64,000 bases of DNA from Microcaecilia unicolor (Eukaryota), in NCBI RefSeq assembly GCF_901765095.1, contig NC_044037.1:104359279-104423278 (forward strand), in the 5' to 3' direction. Positions 58,686 through 64,000 of the stretch are shown here, piece after piece. Both the position numbers and the translations under genes were made by a program. Position 1 is the stretch's first letter. Every line of letters begins with the position of its first letter. The notes under the pieces were generated by a model. It worked only from the letters and a program-made list of their open reading frames with translations, was not told the origin of the DNA and ran no database searches.

Positions 58686-59114
58686 ATGCATGTTCACAGC
58701 TCGCATAAGCTCCACCATTCTTTACAAGTTCAGGAGATTACCATTCCGCATAGAGATAAAAGGTATCGATTACAAGCATATACTGACTGTGACACTATGA
58801 ATTGTGTTTACGGGGTGGTATGTCCGTGCGGCCTTTGGTATATTGGGTTGACCACACGTAAAATTAAATGTAGGATAGCTCAACATCTGAGTAATATCCG
58901 CACAGCGCGCACGGATGTCCCCCTTGCTTCTCACTGGCTTGAAGCAAATCATGCTGTACAAGATCTTAGATTCGTAGTATTAAATCAAATAAAGTCAGAA
59001 AGAGGTGGTAATCTCCCCTTGATGTTATTAAGGAAGGAACAGCGCTTGATATTCCTTTGGAATACGGTTGCCCCAGGTGGCTTAAATAAGGAGGTCGATT
59101 GGCTGAGCATTTAG
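58686..59114 (+). pseudogene. GIY-YIG endonuclease domain fragment, probably the 3' end of a Penelope-like retroelement
   Basis: NCVYGVVCPCGLWYIGLTTRKIKCRIAQHLSNIR fits the GIY-(x)-YIG...R...H core with the CxC preceding it, as in the Penelope EN. No RT domain lies upstream, consistent with 5' truncation. Confidence 0.5.
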
Positions 59115-59564
59115 GAGGGTATTTAACCACTGAGACTCCTGGTCAGTTAATGCGCATGTGCGGGCGTCTTTTTGACGTTTCTACCGGCTGCTTGCTGGTA
59201 TCGAGTTTCTGACTACTTGCTGTAGCTGGTAAGAAGTTTAAAACCTTCTTTTTGTAATGGTGTTTTAAAATTTAGGGTGGATTAGAATATTTAGTTATCT
59301 ATACACTGTCTTTTTATATAGATTGAAAGACCCTTGAAGACGCTTTATTTAGCGAAACATGATTGTGTCGGGTTCTTCTGAGGCATGTTGAACAGTTGAT
59401 TGAAGTTGAACAAACACATCAGGCAAAGTCCTGAGAATGTGAATTCTGGGTTTCAGTTCGACTATCATAAAAGTTTACAGCCACCTCACTGATTGAACTA
59501 TGACAGCACCATGTGTGAGTGCTCATTATTGAAGACTGGTCATTCATCGTGAGTCTGCATGGAC

Positions 59565-59744
59565 TTTTTTTTGTTGTTGTTGTTGTACCCCACGCTTTCC
59601 CACTCATGGCAGGCTCAATGTGGCTTACATGGGGCAATGGAGGATTAAGTGACTTGCCCAAAGTCACAAGGAGCTGCCTGTGCTGGGAATTGAACTCAGT
59701 TCCTCAGGACCAAAGTCCACCACCCTAACCACTAGGCCACTCAG
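59565..59744 (-). mobile_element. SINE copy (same family) with a (GTT)n-interrupted poly-A
   Basis: Roughly 90% identical to 13159-13354. Confidence 0.8.
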
Positions 59745-60094
59745 TAAGGTTTACTACTAAATACACTGATGAATAGATACCATCTTACTGGACATTTGAG
59801 TTAAGAGTGTATATTACACTGTATAGGAGACGCTGATTCATACAATGAGGATAATGCTGGATTATTATTTTATGTAGTATGGTTTATGTATATTACATGT
59901 TGGGTGAATGTGAGTGTATGAATGTGGTAGATTTATGACATTGTGTATTGTAAAATTTGAGTATATTTAAGATATTTAATAAAGATTTCAATTGTTTGAT
60001 AAATATTTTAACGGTTGTTTAGTAATGTACATTGTATGATAAATGCAACCATTAATGGTGTTTGAACCTTGTTTGTAATTTAATACATTTCTAT

Positions 60095-60170
60095 GGGCGT
60101 GTTAGCGTTTAATGCATATAAAACATTTACACGCATTAAAAACGCTAATGTGCCCATAGCGCACCTTTAG
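60095..60170. repeat. Paralog of the 31028-31160 palindromic element
   Basis: Shows gttagcgtttaatgcatataaaacatttacacgcattaaaaacgctaatg. Confidence 0.5.
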
Positions 60171-60479
60171 TAAACATAGGCACTCGTGTACATTAAGAAT
60201 ATGTCCATATTTGTTGATGTTTTTACATTTCAATTCTTGGACTGGTATGATTTGTATGTTTTTGTAGTTAAAAAAATGAGTAGAGGTTTCATCAAAAGTA
60301 TTTATTATAAAGGGTTTTCAACAAAGAAGAAAATTATTAGAGCAATTCCTGAAGCTTTTTTTTTGTGTGTGTATGGGGGGGGGGGGGGGGGGGGGGGGAG
60401 GGTAGCCCTATTTGAGTGATACAGTATAATAATATAATATTATTAAAAGTTCTTCTTGCTCTGATGTCTGGGGTTAGGT

Positions 60480-60692
60480 TTCCTAAAGGACAAGTCCATA
60501 AACCACTACTACATGGACTTGGGAAAAATCCACAATTCCAGGAATAACATGTATAAAATGTTTGTACGTTTGGGAAGTTTGCCAGGTGCCCTTGGCCTGG
60601 ATTGGCCGCTGTCGTGGACAGGATGCTGGGCTCGATGGACCTTTGGTCTTTTCCCAGTGTGGCATTACTTATGTACTTATGTCAAATTCAAA
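60480..60692 (+). mobile_element. Short 5'-truncated CR1-like LINE 3' end
   Basis: Matches 10530-10740, including gtgcccttg(a/g)cctggattggcc and the tacttatg repeats. Confidence 0.8.
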
Positions 60693-60780
60693 TTTAAACA
60701 AAAACATAGAACAGATGTATATTTCCCAAACTTGACATAATCTAGTCCCTAAACATGTGTAAATACATTGTTTAAATTTT

Positions 60781-62430
60781 CTTTTTTTTTTTTTTTATTT
60801 ATGAAAATTTATACATTTATAATCAAGCAAATGCTTGTTTGAAAGAGCAATACATTTCAATCAGTTCAAAGAAAATACATAACAAGGAAGTAATTGTTTG
60901 AAATTTCTTGCTCAAGTCCACATTATTGGGACAAGATTTTAAGAAATGGAATTATTTATAAACATAAGTTTCAAAGATAGAGCACTAGATGATAACAGCC
61001 ATCATTCCACAGTGTTAATTACATATTAAAGGGATAAGATGTTTTAAAATACCCCTATTTTGCCTTGAGGTAAGGAATGCTGTCAGCTGAGCTGGATCAA
61101 AAAATACATACTTATTTGCCTGGTACCTCACCACACACTTGCAAGGGTATCGCAAGTAAAGTGTTGCACCCAGCTGAGTTACAGCTGATTTCATTAAAAG
61201 AAAAGACTTCCTACGTTTTTGCGTGTCTCTGGAGATGTCAGGAAACATTTGTATTTTCTGACCAAGGAATGTTTTATCTTTATTCTTAAAGTACATGGAC
61301 ATTAACCACTGTTTATCAGGTGCCAATGCCACTGTAACTATTAATGTCGATGGAATTACATTTTCATTATCTGCTAGTTCAAGTAAATCAGTGACATTCA
61401 ATGGTTGTTCTTGGCTTGCTATTTTTTGGTCACTCCTTTCTTTAACTGGAAGATAATACACTTGGGTGAAAGGAGGAATCAATTCCTCCCTTACACCCAG
61501 AATTTCCATTATATATTTTTTTAACATTTCCCTAGGAGATATAACAATTTGTTTAGGAAAGTTTAACAAACGTAAATTATTGCTTCTAGCATTGTTCTCA
61601 AGAGATTCAGTCTTTCTTCTTAATGAGGTCAAGTCTTTAATCATAGCCTCCTGCTGAGTAAGCAATCTTTTCATATCCAAATCTTTTTGTTCTTCTATCT
61701 GTTCCAGTTTACCTATTTTTAAGTCCATGTTGTTTATTTTTTCCTCTTGTTTTAACATTTCCTGGTTTAGTCTATTTATCTGTGGAGTAATTGATTTCCC
61801 TAGATCTACAATCAGAGTCCACAAAGAGTCCAGAGTAACTTCTGCTGGCTTGTGCATATCGAAAGAAAAAAGTGGTGGTCCTACCGGATTCATGCTAGCA
61901 GCATTCCCCACCGAATTCGTTGTAAAAATCGGTGTAGCCATCAAGGCTTCTTGCTCTGCAGCCAATCGATGGTCTGCCTCCTGACTGGAACTGGTCTCAC
62001 CGCTTCTGGGGGACCCGTTCAAAGTCGTCTCTGACGGAGTGCTACAGCCCAACAGCTGAGGGGGTGGTTCCCTTGTGTCAGGGCTGAGCGTAAGCTCTAG
62101 CCCAGGAGACGCTGCCGTGCCTCCATTCGCACTGGCACGTATCAGCGGGCTGCCTCCCGGCACTCCAAATACTGCGGTAGATGAAGCTACAGACCTCTGC
62201 AAAAAGGACCGAATATCCTGCGAAGTGGGAGCCGATCGCTGCGGAACATAGGAGGCGGACTTGCCCCTTCACTTCGGCATCTTGCTAGGAAATCAGAGAG
62301 CTGTAGAAATGGTGGCTGTTAGCAGGTACGCTCAGCGGCCATCTTGTCCTCGTTTAAATTTTCTACCTTGATTTTTTGGGGCATTATATTGTACTAATCA
62401 GGTTGGTCCTAGCCTCTCCATTTTCCATGT
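60781..62430 (-). mobile_element. ORF1-only L1-type retroelement (HAL1-like). It has a 5' leader, an intact 395-aa ORF1, a ~220-nt 3' UTR with AATAAA, and an A17 tail. The 5' boundary is approximate
   Basis: The minus-strand poly-A is at 60781-60797, preceded by cataaataaa. No ORF2 lies between the ORF1 stop (61015) and the poly-A. Confidence 0.65.
61015..62202 (-). CDS. L1-type ORF1p (Transposase_22-like) with a coiled-coil, RRM and C-terminal domain. Intact
   Basis: The coiled-coil is LKQEEKINNMDLKIGKLEQIEEQKDLDMKRLLTQQEAMIKDLTSLRRKTESLENN. ARSNNLRLLNFPK is the counterpart of L1 RRNNLRIIGVPE. The C-terminal domain IQMFPDISRDTQKRRKSF...LYLRYPCKCVVRYQANKYVFFDPAQLTAFL resembles the L1 ORF1p CTD (FPDLS...YPAKL...F). 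Confidence 0.75.
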   Translation of the reverse strand: MQRSVASSTAVFGVPGGSPLIRASANGGTAASPGLELTLSPDTREPPPQLLGCSTPSETTLNGSPRSGETSSSQEADHRLAAEQEALMATPIFTTNSVGNAASMNPVGPPLFSFDMHKPAEVTLDSLWTLIVDLGKSITPQINRLNQEMLKQEEKINNMDLKIGKLEQIEEQKDLDMKRLLTQQEAMIKDLTSLRRKTESLENNARSNNLRLLNFPKQIVISPREMLKKYIMEILGVREELIPPFTQVYYLPVKERSDQKIASQEQPLNVTDLLELADNENVIPSTLIVTVALAPDKQWLMSMYFKNKDKTFLGQKIQMFPDISRDTQKRRKSFLLMKSAVTQLGATLYLRYPCKCVVRYQANKYVFFDPAQLTAFLTSRQNRGILKHLIPLICN

Positions 62431-62432
62431 GT

Positions 62433-62575
62433 TATTTATTTATTTATTGCATTTGTACCCCACATTTTCCCACCTATTTGCATGCTCAATGTGGCTTACA
62501 TAGTACCTTCAAAGGCGTTTGCCCAGTCGGTGGATAACAAATACAAAGTTGTATAGTGATCGTATGAGGTATAAG
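62433..62575 (-). repeat. Antisense copy of the L2-like LINE 3' tail
   Basis: Reverse complement of the tail module; the match extends into the pre-tail region (...aacaaatacaaagttgtat). Confidence 0.75.
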
Positions 62576-62739
62576 TGGAGGGTCAGACTGGATGAAGATT
62601 GTGTGATGTCCTGTTTGATCATAGTCATGCTGTGTTGGTAGGTGAAGAGGGTTACGTGGGGTCGTTGGGGTAGGCCTTTTTGAAGAGGTAGGTTTTCAGT
62701 GATTTCCTGAAGTTCAAGTTATCTTCAGTTAAGTTCTTT

Positions 62740-63480
62740 TCTGTGGTCTCATGTTCATTTCTTCTTTCTTCTATTGTCTTCCTTTCTATATCTTTTTTCT
62801 CCATTTCATTCTTCTCAGCTACATTTTGCCCCTCATTTTCCAGTCCTCAATCTTCCTCTTCACTTCTTATCTGCCTACAGGCTTTCCATCTTCTGCTCTT
62901 GCCCAATCCAACCATCACTTATCTTTCTTCAAGTTTCATTCCCTTACTAACCCCAGCTCCTTATCTTTCATTCAACCCATTAATTTTTTTCTCTTACCCC
63001 TACCTAGTTTCTCCACCCCTTCACAGATCTGTCATCTGTCCTTTTACACTACCTCTCAACCCTTTTCCAGCTTCTTCAGATCCTCACACCATCATTCCTC
63101 CCTCTAGACACTCTTCCCTCCCTCCACGCCTCCTTCCCCTTCTCAGTTCCTCTCCTTCCCTCCAGACAGATATGTTTCTACTTCCATCTACACTTATCCC
63201 TTCTCTCCTGTCCCTTTTTCTACTCTTCCCCACTCTCACCCATTACACTCTGACTCCCTGCTCACCACTTCCTTCCCTCCTTCTTTCCACTCTGACTCAT
63301 TCTCACTCCTACATCCAGATACTCTTTTCCCTTCTCATCCCCACCTTCTGTTCATTCCCTCCTCTCCAGTGTACTCTCTCTCTCTCTTCTCACCCCTCCC
63401 TCTTTCCAGTCTGTCCCTCTTCACCCTCTTTCTTCTGCCTGAGGTTATTGGCTGCCCTGGGCTGTTCTTTCAACTCTGGA
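62740..63480 (+). repeat. ~740-bp polypyrimidine (CT-rich) low-complexity tract, almost devoid of G on the + strand
   Basis: Direct inspection; the ORFs 62743..63501 and 62751..63107 are artefacts of this tract. Confidence 0.8.
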
Positions 63481-63825
63481 AGCCCAGCCAGCACCTTGTA
63501 GAAAGCAAGAGATGTGCATAATTGCACACCAGTGGGGCACGTCACATGGAATCTTATGAATCATCATGAAACTGCAATTAAGAGCTTCTCCTGCTGCCAG
63601 CTATAGAGGAAGACAACATGATAGATTGCACTGTACTTCACCAGACTGGATCAAACATTTGAATGTCTGGTCCCTATCCAATGGGTGGCCAACAAGGTGG
63701 CCAAAGCCACGCCTACCACTCTATGCAGGCCCCAGTCACTTATGCTTAAATGCTCATTGGCAAGTCTCCACCATGCCAACCATTTAAGCAGCCAAACGTG
63801 ATAGGGAAGATATGTGGTTACAGGG

Positions 63826-64000
63826 GCGGCCCATGACAATCTGGCGCCTGAGGCAAGGAAAGAGCTGCTGGCCCAGCTCCTCCACCTCCCCTGTGACAGT
63901 CCCCCTTCTTTCCCCCCCCCCCCCCTTCCTCAAATTTACCTTTTCTTGCTTTCCAAAAGATGGTAGCAGCAGGCCGGCAGCAATTCCCACAGGCCCCTTC
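63826..64000. repeat. Partial copy (one arm) of the 5335-5730 foldback family, cut by the window end
   Basis: Shows cctgaggcaagg...ccttcctcaaatttaccttttcttgctttccaaaagatggtagcagcaggccggcagcaattcccacaggc. Confidence 0.6.

Noticed and set aside
62743-63501. 252-aa ORF
   Set aside because: It is a translation of a polypyrimidine low-complexity tract.
1-64000. Prokaryotic-style operons or defence systems
   Set aside because: Spliced exons, LINE/SINE/DIRS content, satellites and poly-A-tailed retroelements show this is eukaryotic nuclear DNA.

Overview
Vertebrate nuclear DNA, repeat-dense and AT-rich, with about 14 long poly-G/C homopolymers. No prokaryotic organisation, rRNA, CRISPR or bona fide tRNA genes were seen. 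Most listed ORFs are low-complexity read-throughs, and several begin at GTG/TTG rather than ATG. The one host gene I could support is the 5' half of the major vault protein gene (MVP) on the minus strand. Eight exons code from the initiator ATG (41953) through the vault-repeat region ending at ...IKTGK (3240), with canonical GT/AG splice sites and consistent phases. Its introns are very large (6-12.6 kb) and each is filled with transposable elements. The 12.6-kb intron holds a CR1-like LINE (ORF1 tail, ORF2 endonuclease and RT, 8-bp-repeat 3' end). The next intron holds a DIRS-like tyrosine-recombinase retrotransposon (gag, RT, RNase H and YR N-terminal domain, ~160-bp inverted terminal repeats and an internal complementary region). 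The other introns carry a MITE family with CAGGGCCGTGCC termini, foldback elements and SINEs. Upstream of MVP the window holds an L2-like LINE whose 3' tail module recurs as short truncated copies and is shared by a tRNA-derived SINE family, and a degenerate pogo/Tigger-like DNA transposon flanked by two inverted ~45-bp satellite arrays. It also holds an ORF1-only L1-type (HAL1-like) unit with an intact 395-aa ORF1 and a poly-A tail, a Penelope-like GIY-YIG fragment, and a nested DNA-transposon insertion. A CpG-rich, CCAAT-box block lies ~4 kb upstream of the MVP ATG exon and is a candidate promoter.
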